Below, piece by piece: positions 1 to 8,790 of a DNA stretch of 64,000 nt. This DNA is from an uncultured Alphaproteobacteria bacterium (GTDB taxonomy: Bacteria > Pseudomonadota > Alphaproteobacteria > ATCC43930 > CGMCC-115725): assembly GCA_963703665.1 (NCBI GenBank), contig CAVPFB010000003.1, positions 740,588 through 804,587 on the forward strand. Direction: 5' to 3'. Positions within the stretch are counted from its first letter, which is position 1. Each line of letters begins with the position of its first letter. The notes below the pieces were generated by a model. The model ran no database searches. It saw nothing but the letters and a program-made list of their open reading frames with translations, and was not told the DNA's origin. Made by a program: the position numbers and the translations under genes.

Positions 1-121
1 TGTCGCTGGCTCTTCGCCGGATCAGCTGCTCGCGATTGGGCGCGTAGACGGCCTGGTCGTAGGCCGCGTCGAGTGCGGCCTGGTCATAATCGAGGAATAT
101 TGTCGGGCCTTTATCGGGCAT
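1..121 (-). CDS. alpha/beta-hydrolase-fold protein (esterase/arylformamidase-like); N-terminal 40 codons only, rest outside window
   Basis: ATG at 119-121 preceded by GGAGG. Translation MPDKGPTIFLDYDQAALDAAYDQAVYAPNREQ.. resembles N-termini of esterase/formamidase-type hydrolases. Too short to appear in the ORF track. Confidence 0.4.
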   Translation of the reverse strand, partial: MPDKGPTIFLDYDQAALDAAYDQAVYAPNREQLIRRRASD

Positions 122-383
122 GGAACCTCCGTCGCGTCAGCCTGCCGGCGACCTCCAGCATGGCGCAATATCCGCAGTGCCGCCGGTGCCAGCTTATTTC
201 AGCCGGTCGGCGACTGCGGCAATGCCGGCATTGGCGCAGGCCTCGTCCTTGTCGGCGCCCGGCGAGCCGCTGACCCCGATCGCGGAGCGCGGCCAAACCG
301 GCAAGAGACATGGTCGCGCTCCTCGCGAACCGAGCCTGCCGGCCCCGAACGCCGCCAGAGCCGGCAGAACTCCAAGTAAGACT

Positions 384-536
384 ATGGCGACGCTCTACAC
401 CTATCAGCGTTCGCAGGCGAGCTTCCGCATCGGCAGCGCCCTCAGTCTCGACGGGCTCGGGCGCGAAGCTGCCTTCCTGCATCTCGAACCGGGCGATCAG
501 TTCGCCGCCGCCGACGGGGGCTGGACGCCCCGTTAA
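384..536 (+). pseudogene. possible 5' remnant of a zeta-class glutathione S-transferase / maleylacetoacetate isomerase-like gene
   Basis: 50-codon ORF with high GC3. MATLYTYQRSQASFRIGSALSLDGL resembles the GST-zeta N-terminal pattern (LYsY-RSsAsyRvRiALnLKGL). It stops after 50 codons and continues in no frame. Confidence 0.25.
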
Positions 537-582
537 CGATTGGGTAAGCTCGGAAGAGGGGAATCTGTCTGGGGGTTTTGAA

Positions 583-903
583 ATGAGGCGATGGATCTTC
601 GCCGCCGCGACCCTCGCCGTTGCTGCTTCTTCGGCCGCTGCCACCGCCGATGCCGCATCTTGCGGCCCTAGAACCAGCCGCAAGTGCCTCGATGCCCCGT
701 CGACGATCAACTTCGGATCCGTTTCCGACATCTCGAAACAGATCGTCAGCGAAGAGCCAGGCGTCGCAAAGCCGTCGACGCAAACCCTCGAAGCGCCGCC
801 GATCACCACCTATACCGGCCCGACCGTCGGGGTCAACACGATGGTCCGTGCACCAACGGTCGGCTATTACTGGTCGCTGGAGCCCGAGACCGACACGCAT
901 TGA
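583..903 (+). CDS. small secreted hypothetical protein
   Basis: Internal ATG of ORF 310..903. MRRWIFAAATLAVAASSAAATADA looks like a signal peptide. Coding-like GC3. Confidence 0.5.
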   Translation: MRRWIFAAATLAVAASSAAATADAASCGPRTSRKCLDAPSTINFGSVSDISKQIVSEEPGVAKPSTQTLEAPPITTYTGPTVGVNTMVRAPTVGYYWSLEPETDTH

Positions 904-942
904 CGCTGATGCATCCTGCTCGTTTGGCGAGACTTCGGGGAC

Positions 943-1599
943 TTAGGGCGAAGGCGTCATGCGTCGCTGCCGGATCTCCAGCAACGAGACGACCTCTTCG
1001 TCGGCGAGTTGAGCAAATTCCTGGTAATGGGCGCCGACGGCGAGGAACGGGCTGGGCATAGCGAGACAGACGATCTCGTCGACCTCCTGCTTCAGCGCGT
1101 CGAGCGTTTCCTGCGGCGCCACCGGGACCGCGAGGACGACCCTGTCCGCGCCGCCGTTCCTGATCGCGCGCAAAGCCGTGCGAACCGTGCTGCCGGTGGC
1201 GATTCCGTCATCGACGACGACGACCGTCCTGCCGGCGATCGACACCGGCGGCCGGCGGCCGAGATAGGCCTCGCGCCGGCGTTCGATTTCCACAAGCTGG
1301 CGCCGCGTCTCGCGCTCGATGTATGCCGGATCGACGGCCAGGGCGGCGGCCAGGGCCTGATCGATCAGCACTTGCGCGGCGGCGCCGTCCACCACCGCGC
1401 CGAGCGCCAGCTCGGGCTGCCCGGGCGCACCGATCTTGCGCACCAGCACGATGTCGAGCGGGGCGTCGAGCGCCTCCGCGACCTCGAACCCGACCGGCAC
1501 GCCGCCGCGCGGCAGGGCGAGCACGATCGGCTGCTCGGCGCGCAGATGCCCCAATCGACGAGCGAGCTCGCGGCCGGCCGCTCTGCGATCGGCGAACAT
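943..1599 (-). CDS. phosphoribosyltransferase family protein
   Basis: C-terminal 218 aa of ORF 943..2037, from MFADRRAAGRELA. PRPP-binding loop VVVVDDGIATGST. The upstream 145 codons are R/P-rich shadow. Confidence 0.8.
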   Translation of the reverse strand: MFADRRAAGRELARRLGHLRAEQPIVLALPRGGVPVGFEVAEALDAPLDIVLVRKIGAPGQPELALGAVVDGAAAQVLIDQALAAALAVDPAYIERETRRQLVEIERRREAYLGRRPPVSIAGRTVVVVDDGIATGSTVRTALRAIRNGGADRVVLAVPVAPQETLDALKQEVDEIVCLAMPSPFLAVGAHYQEFAQLADEEVVSLLEIRQRRMTPSP

Positions 1600-1637
1600 G
1601 GTTCGGCGCCTCCGCGCAACCGACTGATGCGACACAT

Positions 1638-2333
1638 ATGGGGCGACGCTCCACGGCTGCCAGGAGGGCGGCGGTGAGCCAGCCGGCGACAGCGTTTTGG
1701 CAGCGCCGCGAGGCCGAGCGGCTGGCCGATCTTTGCGTGCTCGGCTGCGGCCTCGTCCTCGGCGTCTGCGCTTCGGCAGCACTGCTGGCGACGACGTTCG
1801 CGCAACACGACCCGGGCCTCCTGATCGGAACCGGCATCTATGTTGCCGGGCTGCTGGCGATGCTCGGCGCCTCGCTTGCCTTTCACGGCTCTGCTCACGG
1901 CGTCGGCGGTTCGCCGCGACGCCGGCTGTTGCGCCGCATCGACCATGCCGCGATCTTCGCGATGATCGCCGGGTCAGCGACGCCGTTTTTGCTCGGCCGC
2001 GGCGCGGGGGTCCGGGGCGGCACGCTGGCGGCGGCAATCTGGGCGGTGGCGGCGGCCGGGATCTTCGTCAAGCTGCGCTTTCCGATCGGCAAGGCCAGCC
2101 GATCGGCGCTGTTCTATCTTTTGCTCGGCTGGATCAGCCTGGCCTCGGTCGTCCCGTCGATCTCGCGCGAAACGGCGCTGCTGATCGCGGCCGGGGGCGC
2201 CTTTTACACAATCGGGATCGTCTTTTATCTGTGGCGGCGGCTGCCGTTTCACAGCGCGATCTGGCATACCTTCGTGCTCGCCGGAGCGGCGTGCCACTAT
2301 CTGGCGATCCTCGGCGCCATCGTTTCTGCATGA
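1638..2333 (+). CDS. hemolysin III / PAQR family membrane protein
   Basis: Multi-TM protein with the ..HAAIFAMIAGSATPF.. and ..HSAIWHTFVLAGAACHY.. motifs typical of the hemolysin-III family. Start placed at ATG 1638 within ORF 1323..2333. Confidence 0.75.
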   Translation: MGRRSTAARRAAVSQPATAFWQRREAERLADLCVLGCGLVLGVCASAALLATTFAQHDPGLLIGTGIYVAGLLAMLGASLAFHGSAHGVGGSPRRRLLRRIDHAAIFAMIAGSATPFLLGRGAGVRGGTLAAAIWAVAAAGIFVKLRFPIGKASRSALFYLLLGWISLASVVPSISRETALLIAAGGAFYTIGIVFYLWRRLPFHSAIWHTFVLAGAACHYLAILGAIVSA

Positions 2334-2424
2334 ACGGATTGCTCGCCGTCGCCGGTTGTCGGGTTGCCTGCGGGCGCTGCAGCGGGCAAAGTCAGGCTGA
2401 AGGCTTGCGCGAAGGGAATGAGCG

Positions 2425-3636
2425 ATGAAAGAGGGCTACCGCTTCGTCGACTGCGACATGCACATCATGGAGCCGACCGACCTCTTCGAGCGATATCTCG
2501 ACCCGGCGTTCAAGCCGCGGATCACCTCGGCGATGCAGCCGGTCGACGGCGGCAGCACCGGGATGCGGCGGCGGCCTCTGTGGTTCTTCGACGGCGCACC
2601 GACCAGCAACGACGGCAACGTCTCGCAGTACAACCGCATCCGCGGTCCGTTGGTCGGCGCCCGCGGCAACAAGAACGTGATGTTCGCGGTCGAGCGCGGC
2701 TATGACGCCGAGGCCCAGATCATCGGCATGGAGATGGAAGGGATCGACATCGCCGTGCTGTTCCCGACTGCGGGCCTGTCGTTCCTGGCGCGCGACGGCA
2801 TGGACCCGCAGTTTTCGAACGCGATCTGCCGTGCCTACAATGACTGGCTGCACGATTTCGTCCAGCACAGCCCCGACCAGTTGAAGATGGCGGCGATGCT
2901 GCCGGTGCACGACGTCAACCTCGCCTGCCGCGAGCTCCATCGCTGCGTCAAGGAGCACGGCGCGGTCGGTGCTTTCGTGCGACCCAATTACGTCAACGGC
3001 CGCTATTGGCATTCAACCTATTGGGATCCGCTCTACGCCATGCTGCAGGACCTGCAAGTGCCATTGTGCTTCCACGAGGGCACCGGCTCGTATTATTCGA
3101 CGATCGAGCCCAGGTTTGGCGAGAACCGCTTCATGCGCCATGTCGCCAGCCATTCGACCGAGATGCAGCTGGCGCTGATCGCGCTGATGCTGGGCGGCAT
3201 CCTCGAAACCTACCCGCGGCTCAAGGTGGCGTTTCTCGAAGCGCAGAGCTGGTGGGTGCCGGGCCTCTTGGGCCGGATCGAATGGGATCTGCGCCAGCAC
3301 CACCAGGCCGACGCGCCCTATCTGAAATTGACGCCCCAGGAATACTGGCGGCGCAATTGCTTTTCGGCGATCGAGAGCGGCGAGCGTGAGGTCGGCTCGG
3401 TCGTCGAGCTGCTCGGCGGGGCAGACAACATCTGCGTGTCGAGCGATTTCCCGCATTTCGACTCGAGCTTCCCCGAGGTGTCGAGCCGGGTCCTGCACAA
3501 TTCCAGCATCACCCCCGAGATCGGCGGTCAGATCCTAGCGGGTGGCGGCCGCCTCTACGATTTCGGCGCCGATGATTTTGCCCGCGCCGACGCCGCCGCC
3601 AAGCGCCGCGACAATGTGAGCACCGGGCGCGCCTAG
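2425..3636 (+). CDS. amidohydrolase-2 (ACMSD/metal-dependent hydrolase/decarboxylase) family protein
   Basis: 403-aa ORF. N-terminal FVDCDMHIMEP metal-binding motif and ..SSDFPHFD.. near the C-terminus. Confidence 0.75.
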   Translation: MKEGYRFVDCDMHIMEPTDLFERYLDPAFKPRITSAMQPVDGGSTGMRRRPLWFFDGAPTSNDGNVSQYNRIRGPLVGARGNKNVMFAVERGYDAEAQIIGMEMEGIDIAVLFPTAGLSFLARDGMDPQFSNAICRAYNDWLHDFVQHSPDQLKMAAMLPVHDVNLACRELHRCVKEHGAVGAFVRPNYVNGRYWHSTYWDPLYAMLQDLQVPLCFHEGTGSYYSTIEPRFGENRFMRHVASHSTEMQLALIALMLGGILETYPRLKVAFLEAQSWWVPGLLGRIEWDLRQHHQADAPYLKLTPQEYWRRNCFSAIESGEREVGSVVELLGGADNICVSSDFPHFDSSFPEVSSRVLHNSSITPEIGGQILAGGGRLYDFGADDFARADAAAKRRDNVSTGRA

Positions 3637-3765
3637 AAGACAATCGCGGGGTGGCGAGAACCTTCGCTCCCCGCAAGGCCCGCCGCGAAGAAACCTGTGG
3701 AAGAACAAGGAGCTGCCGCTCCAGCATCGATGGTGCGGCCGCCCAACACCCCAGCCGGCTTCGGT

Positions 3766-4245
3766 TCAGATCGGGATCGCCAGCAGGGTGTCGATCTGGC
3801 GGCTGTCGAGAATGACGGTCTTGCGGGCGAACTTCCAGCTCTCGTGCTCGCGCCTGACCTGGTCGACATAATGCCCGGCGGCAAAGAGCGTCATGTCCTC
3901 GTCCTGCAACGTGCGCACCACGAGGAAGTTCGCGACGAGATCGAGGGAATCCTGCGCCTCGCCGACGATCTTGACCGACGAAACCAGGTGCCGATAGCGC
4001 TGCGGCTCGTAGATGTTCGCTTCGCGCAAGGCACTCACCCGATCTTTCAGCATATTGCGCGAGGTCGCGTAAATCAGCCCGAGCGGCAGACCCGTCTCGT
4101 AATTTTCGGCCGAGGTGATCCGGTAGAAGCAGTCTTCGGTGAAGAAGTCGGGCCAGCCTTCGAGCGCGTCGGCATCGAGACAATGCACGTAGTCGGCATA
4201 GAGCTGCTCCAGCTCCAGCCGCCGAGCGATCGCCGCCAAATCCAT
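3766..4245 (-). CDS. aromatic-ring-hydroxylating dioxygenase beta (small) subunit
   Basis: 159 aa, SnoaL/NTF2-like pattern (LEQLYADYVHCLDADALEGWPDFFTEDCFY). Starts 4 nt after the alpha-subunit stop. Confidence 0.8.
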   Translation of the reverse strand: MDLAAIARRLELEQLYADYVHCLDADALEGWPDFFTEDCFYRITSAENYETGLPLGLIYATSRNMLKDRVSALREANIYEPQRYRHLVSSVKIVGEAQDSLDLVANFLVVRTLQDEDMTLFAAGHYVDQVRREHESWKFARKTVILDSRQIDTLLAIPI

Positions 4246-4249
4246 CGGC

Positions 4250-5494
4250 TCAAAAGCCCATCAGCTGGCGATAGGCGTGCCAGAAGCTGCGCACCGAGGC
4301 CTCGGTCGTGCGGTTGGCTTCGGAGACCTGGCCGTGACCGCCCATTTCGAGAACCGAGCAATCCTGGTCCGAACCGTGGATCGCGCGCTGGATGAAATTG
4401 CCGACCGCGCCGTCCTCCATCGAGACATAGCCGGCGGGGCCGACCAGATTGGCCTGCGCGAGGCGCAGCGCGGTCAGCTCGGCGCCGTCTTCCTCGAAGC
4501 CGAGATAGATCCATTGCAGCTCGGTCTTGTCCGGCCCCTTTGGCAATACCAGGCGCAGGGCGATCGAATTCTGGATCTGCTGCAGTACGAAATTCGGGAA
4601 CAGCGACAGGATCTGGGTCGTCGTATCGTCGCCGAACTCCTCGGTCATCGACAGAAAGCCGGGCTCGGCCAAGCGGAAATTCTCGCGCAGGGACGGGATG
4701 CCGGCGTAGAGCTGGTCGGAGGTCGCGGCGTCGACGCGGTCCACCTTGTTGCGCGTGTAGCTCGCGTGGTGCGCGCCATTCTCGGCAATATCGACGCCGC
4801 CCTCCGAGGTCAGGCGCGACATGCGGAATGTCGTGAAAAAGCTGTGCAGCAGGGTCGCGTGATAGGTGTCGCGCACGTTCTCGAAATAGAGCTTCCAGTT
4901 GTTGTGCAGGATCTGTGAGGTCGTGCCCAGGATCTTCGGCGTCCCGTGCATGACCCGGTGGATGCGCGAGCCCATCAGATTGCCGATGTAATCGCCCAAT
5001 GGCGGCGCGTCCGGGGACAAAGTGCCGAAGACGAGATCGCCGAACCGGTCGACGCGCAGCTTTTTGAGCCCGTGCTGTTCGAGATGGAAGCTCGGCGGCA
5101 TGCCGCCCTTGCCGGCGATGCCGCGGCGAAAGGCGACGCTGTCGAGATTGCCTTCGAGGTCGTAGCGCCAAGCGTGATAGACGCAGGTCAGATTGTCGGC
5201 GTGACCGCGCCGCTTCAGGCAGACGAGATTGCCGCGATGGGCGCAGCGGTTGACCATCGCATGGATCTCGCCGTCATGTCCGCGAGTGACGATGACCGGG
5301 GTCTCACCGAGAAACGTGGTCAGATAGTCGCCCGGCTGGGGCAATTCGCCGGCCAGCGTCAGAAACTGCCAAGTCGGCCCGAGAAAGATCCGGGCCAGCT
5401 CCTCGCGGTAGATGTCCGGGTCGGCAAACACCCGGTAGGGAACGCGGGCGTTGCCCTCGGCTGGCCATGTGAGCGCAGGCTGGTGGTTTTCCAT
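4250..5494 (-). CDS. Rieske (2Fe-2S) aromatic-ring-hydroxylating dioxygenase alpha subunit
   Basis: Rieske motif CAHRGNLVC..x17..CVYHAWRY. Start moved to ATG 5494 (GGAGAA 6 nt upstream) because the 28 upstream codons translate a REP element (..CHCEERSDEAI..). Confidence 0.85.
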   Translation of the reverse strand: MENHQPALTWPAEGNARVPYRVFADPDIYREELARIFLGPTWQFLTLAGELPQPGDYLTTFLGETPVIVTRGHDGEIHAMVNRCAHRGNLVCLKRRGHADNLTCVYHAWRYDLEGNLDSVAFRRGIAGKGGMPPSFHLEQHGLKKLRVDRFGDLVFGTLSPDAPPLGDYIGNLMGSRIHRVMHGTPKILGTTSQILHNNWKLYFENVRDTYHATLLHSFFTTFRMSRLTSEGGVDIAENGAHHASYTRNKVDRVDAATSDQLYAGIPSLRENFRLAEPGFLSMTEEFGDDTTTQILSLFPNFVLQQIQNSIALRLVLPKGPDKTELQWIYLGFEEDGAELTALRLAQANLVGPAGYVSMEDGAVGNFIQRAIHGSDQDCSVLEMGGHGQVSEANRTTEASVRSFWHAYRQLMGF

Positions 5495-5521
5495 GGAGCT
5501 TCTCCGGTCGATGGTCCGCGA

Positions 5522-5590
5522 GATTGCTTCGTCGCTCCGCTCCTCGCAATGACACGCCTTTGATGCCATTGCGAGCACAGCGACGCAATC
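5522..5590. repeat. REP-A interspersed inverted-repeat element, copy 1 (arms GATTGCTTCG..TCGCAATGAC / GCCATTGCGAGC..CGCAATC)
   Basis: Imperfect palindrome in the intergenic space between the Rieske alpha and flavin reductase genes. Same unit seen at 34003-34096 and 57348-57419. Confidence 0.85.
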
Positions 5591-5638
5591 CCGTCGCCAC
5601 GACGAATGAACGGCTGCTCGCGCTGCGGTCGCGGCGCT

Positions 5639-6142
5639 TTAGCCGCCGTAGAACACGTTGTCGCCGAGATCCTTCATTTCGAGGATCGCGGCGTCGGGAC
5701 GGCCGGTGACCGGCCTTGGCAGATGCGCCTCGACGACCTCGCCGACGACGATGTGATGGTCGCCCTGCTCGACGATGCTGGTGACTTTGCACTCGACCGC
5801 GGCCAGGGCGGCATCGAGGATCGGTGCGCCGGTGGCGCCCTTGTGGATGGCCTGGCCGGAGAGCTTGCCGTCTTCGAGCCTGGTCGGCTTGAAAAAGGTG
5901 AACGCGACTCCTTTGTGCTCCTTGCCCAGCATGTTCAGGGCAAAGTTCCGGGTGTTCTTGATCAGCGGATAGGCGCCGGAATCGGTTTTGACCCCGACCA
6001 CCACCAAGGGCGGGTTGAAGGCGCTCTGCGTCACCCAATTGACCGTCGCGGCGGCGACGTTGCCGTTGCCGTCATCCGCGGTCAGCACGTAGATCCCGTA
6101 GGGGATCATGCGCAGCGCGGTCTTTTTGGCGTCCTGGTCCAT
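5639..6142 (-). CDS. flavin reductase-like (NAD(P)H-flavin oxidoreductase, RutF/HpaC-type) protein
   Basis: 167 aa. LRMIPYGIYVLTA..AATVNWVTQSAFNPPLVVVGV pattern of the flavin_reduct domain. Confidence 0.75.
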   Translation of the reverse strand: MDQDAKKTALRMIPYGIYVLTADDGNGNVAAATVNWVTQSAFNPPLVVVGVKTDSGAYPLIKNTRNFALNMLGKEHKGVAFTFFKPTRLEDGKLSGQAIHKGATGAPILDAALAAVECKVTSIVEQGDHHIVVGEVVEAHLPRPVTGRPDAAILEMKDLGDNVFYGG

Positions 6143-6331
6143 GCTCCGTCCTCCTCGACGATCGGGCCCGCTGGCAGGCGATCATAGCCAAGAACCGGCC
6201 GGCGATGAACCCTCCCCGGGGCCGCGAGGCGGTGGCCGGCTTGCCGGCGGATCAGCGGCTCGATCGGTCGCAGCATCGCCGACGCGATGCGGATTTATCC
6301 TTTTCTTTACCGGCTCGGGTGATGATCGGGC

Positions 6332-8221
6332 GTGAACGCCGTCTACAGCTGCCTGACGCAGAAACACGACCTCCGCCTGGTGGCGCTCGCCGGCTTGATC
6401 TGCGTCCTGGCGTCGTTCACCGCGATCAGCCTGTTCCTGCGCGCCCGGGAAACGCTCGGGAAACGCTCGCTCGTTCTGCTGTCCGGCGCCGCAGCGGTGT
6501 TCGGCGCGGGCGGATGGGCAACCCATTTTGTGGCCGAGCTCGCCTACCGGCCGGGTCTGCCGGTCGCTTATGACACCGGCCCGACGATATTATCGCTGGT
6601 CATCGCCGTGGCCGTGGCCTGGTTCGGCATGATCGTCGCGGTTCGACGGCAAAATCCGTTGATCGGCGGCGGCATCATCGGCTTGGCGATCGGGGCGATG
6701 CACTTTGCCGGAATGGCGGCGCTGCGCGTCCCCGCGGACGTGCACTGGAATTCGTCGTTCGTGGCAGCCTCGCTGGTGCTCGGCGTCGTGCTTTCGGCGG
6801 CGGCGATCTCGGCCGCACGGCTCGGTTCGGCGCGGCTGCACCGGCTGTCGGCGACGATGCTGCTGGTCGCGGCGATCTGCGGTCTGCATTTCACCGCGAT
6901 GGCGGCGATCGGGCTCACTCCCGATCCGCTGATCGCGATGCCGGCCGATGTCGTCGCCCCCCAGCTGCTCGCGGTGCCGGTCGCGGCAATCGCCTTGGCC
7001 GTTGTCATGCTCGGCATGTCGGCCTCGATCATCGAAGAGCAGCGAAGTCGGCAGGAAGCGCGCGAGGCCGAGCAGCTGCGCCGCAGCAAGGATCATCTGG
7101 CGCGGGCGCAGCGGGTGGCGGCGACCGGCAGCTTTGAGCTCGATTTGCGCTCACACGAGATCGAGTGGTCCGAGGAAACCTATCGCATCTTTGGGGCCAG
7201 TCCGCAGATCGGTCCGCTGGACCTGGCTTCGCTCGAGGACATGATCATCCCGGAGGACCGGCCCCGGCTGAGGGAACAGATCGCGGTCTTCGTGGCAGGA
7301 GGCCCGCAGCCCGCGCTCGAATATCGCATTCGCCGCGCCGATGGCGGCGTGCGCGTCTTGCATCGCGAGATGGAGCTGGTGCGCGACGGCGCCGGTCAGC
7401 CGCACAAGCTCGTCGGAGTGATCCGGGACGTAACCGAATTGCGCGAAGCCGAGCGGCGCAGCGACGAGCTGGAGCGCCAGCTGATGCATTCGCAAAAGCT
7501 CGAGGCGCTCGGCACCCTCGCCGGCGGGGTGGCGCACGACCTCAACAACATCCTGGTGCCGATCCTGGCGCTGGCCAAGCTGACCCTGGAGGATCTGCGC
7601 GAAGGCGACCCGATGCGCCGCGACCTCGAAACCGTCGTGCGCGCCAGCGAGCGCGCCCGCGATCTGGTCAAGCAGGTTCTCGCGTTCAGCCGCAAGCAGG
7701 ATTTTGTCCGGGAGGAGGTCGACCTGGCCGCGCTGACGCGCGAAGCGCTCAACATGCTGCGCGCCAGCCTCCCGGCCACCATCCGCATCGACGAGCAGGT
7801 CGCCGCGGTGCCGCCGGTGTTCGGCGATGCCGGCGAACTGCACCAGGCGATCGTCAACCTGGTGACCAACGCCGGTCAGGCGATCGGCGGAGGGCCCGGC
7901 AAAATCACTGTCCGGGTTTGGCCGCCTCCGTCCGCAGCACAAGCCGCGAGCGTCGAGCCGGCGGTCTGTTTATCGGTCGCCGATACCGGCTGCGGCATCG
8001 AAGAGGCCACCCTCGGTCGCATCTTCGAGCCGTTCTTTACGACAAAAGGGGTCGGCGAAGGCACCGGTCTGGGGCTTTCGGTGGTCCATGGCATCGTCGC
8101 CCGCCACGGCGGCCATATCGAGATCCGCAGCCGGCCCGGCGAAGGCAGCGAGTTTCTGATCACGCTGCCGGCGCTCGGGCAGCTGCACACGACCACGCCA
8201 ATCGCGTCCGCCGCCGCTTGA
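6332..8221 (+). CDS. MHYT-domain / PAS sensor histidine kinase
   Basis: N-terminal six-TM region with repeated ..HFxxM.. (MHYT) motifs, PAS segment, H-box LAGGVAHDLNNIL, and HATPase N/G boxes (NLVTNAGQA, DTGCGI, GTGLGLS). GTG start. Confidence 0.85.
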   Translation: MNAVYSCLTQKHDLRLVALAGLICVLASFTAISLFLRARETLGKRSLVLLSGAAAVFGAGGWATHFVAELAYRPGLPVAYDTGPTILSLVIAVAVAWFGMIVAVRRQNPLIGGGIIGLAIGAMHFAGMAALRVPADVHWNSSFVAASLVLGVVLSAAAISAARLGSARLHRLSATMLLVAAICGLHFTAMAAIGLTPDPLIAMPADVVAPQLLAVPVAAIALAVVMLGMSASIIEEQRSRQEAREAEQLRRSKDHLARAQRVAATGSFELDLRSHEIEWSEETYRIFGASPQIGPLDLASLEDMIIPEDRPRLREQIAVFVAGGPQPALEYRIRRADGGVRVLHREMELVRDGAGQPHKLVGVIRDVTELREAERRSDELERQLMHSQKLEALGTLAGGVAHDLNNILVPILALAKLTLEDLREGDPMRRDLETVVRASERARDLVKQVLAFSRKQDFVREEVDLAALTREALNMLRASLPATIRIDEQVAAVPPVFGDAGELHQAIVNLVTNAGQAIGGGPGKITVRVWPPPSAAQAASVEPAVCLSVADTGCGIEEATLGRIFEPFFTTKGVGEGTGLGLSVVHGIVARHGGHIEIRSRPGEGSEFLITLPALGQLHTTTPIASAAA

Positions 8222-8273
8222 GCCGACCGCCATAACGCTGCCAGCCGCAATCTCAGGACAAAGGGTCCGGTCC

Positions 8274-8663
8274 ATGCCAAAGATTCTGGTCATCGACGAT
8301 GATCACCTCGTCCGCGAGACGATCGTACGCATCCTCGAGCGCAAGGGCTATCAAACGCTGACGGCGCCCGATGGCCGGCAGGGTTTGAGCACCTTCTGCA
8401 GCGAGCAGCCCGATCTGGTGATCACCGACATCATCATGCCGGACAAGGAGGGTCTCGAAACCATCCGCGAGATCCGGGTCGAGCGTCCCGATGCGAAGAT
8501 CATCGCCATCTCGGGCGGTGGCCGCATCGCCAACCTGGATTTCCTCGAATTCGCCGGGAAATTCGGGGCCTGCGAGATGCTGTCGAAACCATTCGATCCG
8601 GCCGATCTGCTCGATATCGTGGCGCGTTGTCTCGCGGCCCGCGGCGCCCCCGGACAGCCCTGA
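8274..8663 (+). CDS. single-domain response regulator (CheY-like receiver)
   Basis: 129 aa. ILVIDDD..., phospho-acceptor context DLVITDIIMP, ..KIIAISGG.., K in LSKPF. Confidence 0.85.
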   Translation: MPKILVIDDDHLVRETIVRILERKGYQTLTAPDGRQGLSTFCSEQPDLVITDIIMPDKEGLETIREIRVERPDAKIIAISGGGRIANLDFLEFAGKFGACEMLSKPFDPADLLDIVARCLAARGAPGQP

Positions 8664-8790
8664 GACTCTGCCCTCGATTTCCAGCCTCGAGCTTCTGAAA
8701 GGGGTCTGCGCGGGCGATGACCGGCGCCGACTGGTCGGCGCGCCGAGAGCAGGTTAGGCTGCAAAACCGTTTAGGTTTTCGGGCGAGCGC

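Noticed and set aside
111-809. 232-aa minus-strand ORF and 138-aa plus ORF 120..536 as intact genes
   Set aside because: Mostly non-protein-like composition and third-position G+C collapses in places. Only short fragments look coding (see finding).
5495-5578. N-terminal extension of the Rieske alpha subunit (MLAMASKACHCEERSDEAIS..) and similar extensions at 34003-34137 and 57329-57372
   Set aside because: These are translations of REP-A repeat arms. Better starts with RBS lie downstream, or the true stops lie upstream.
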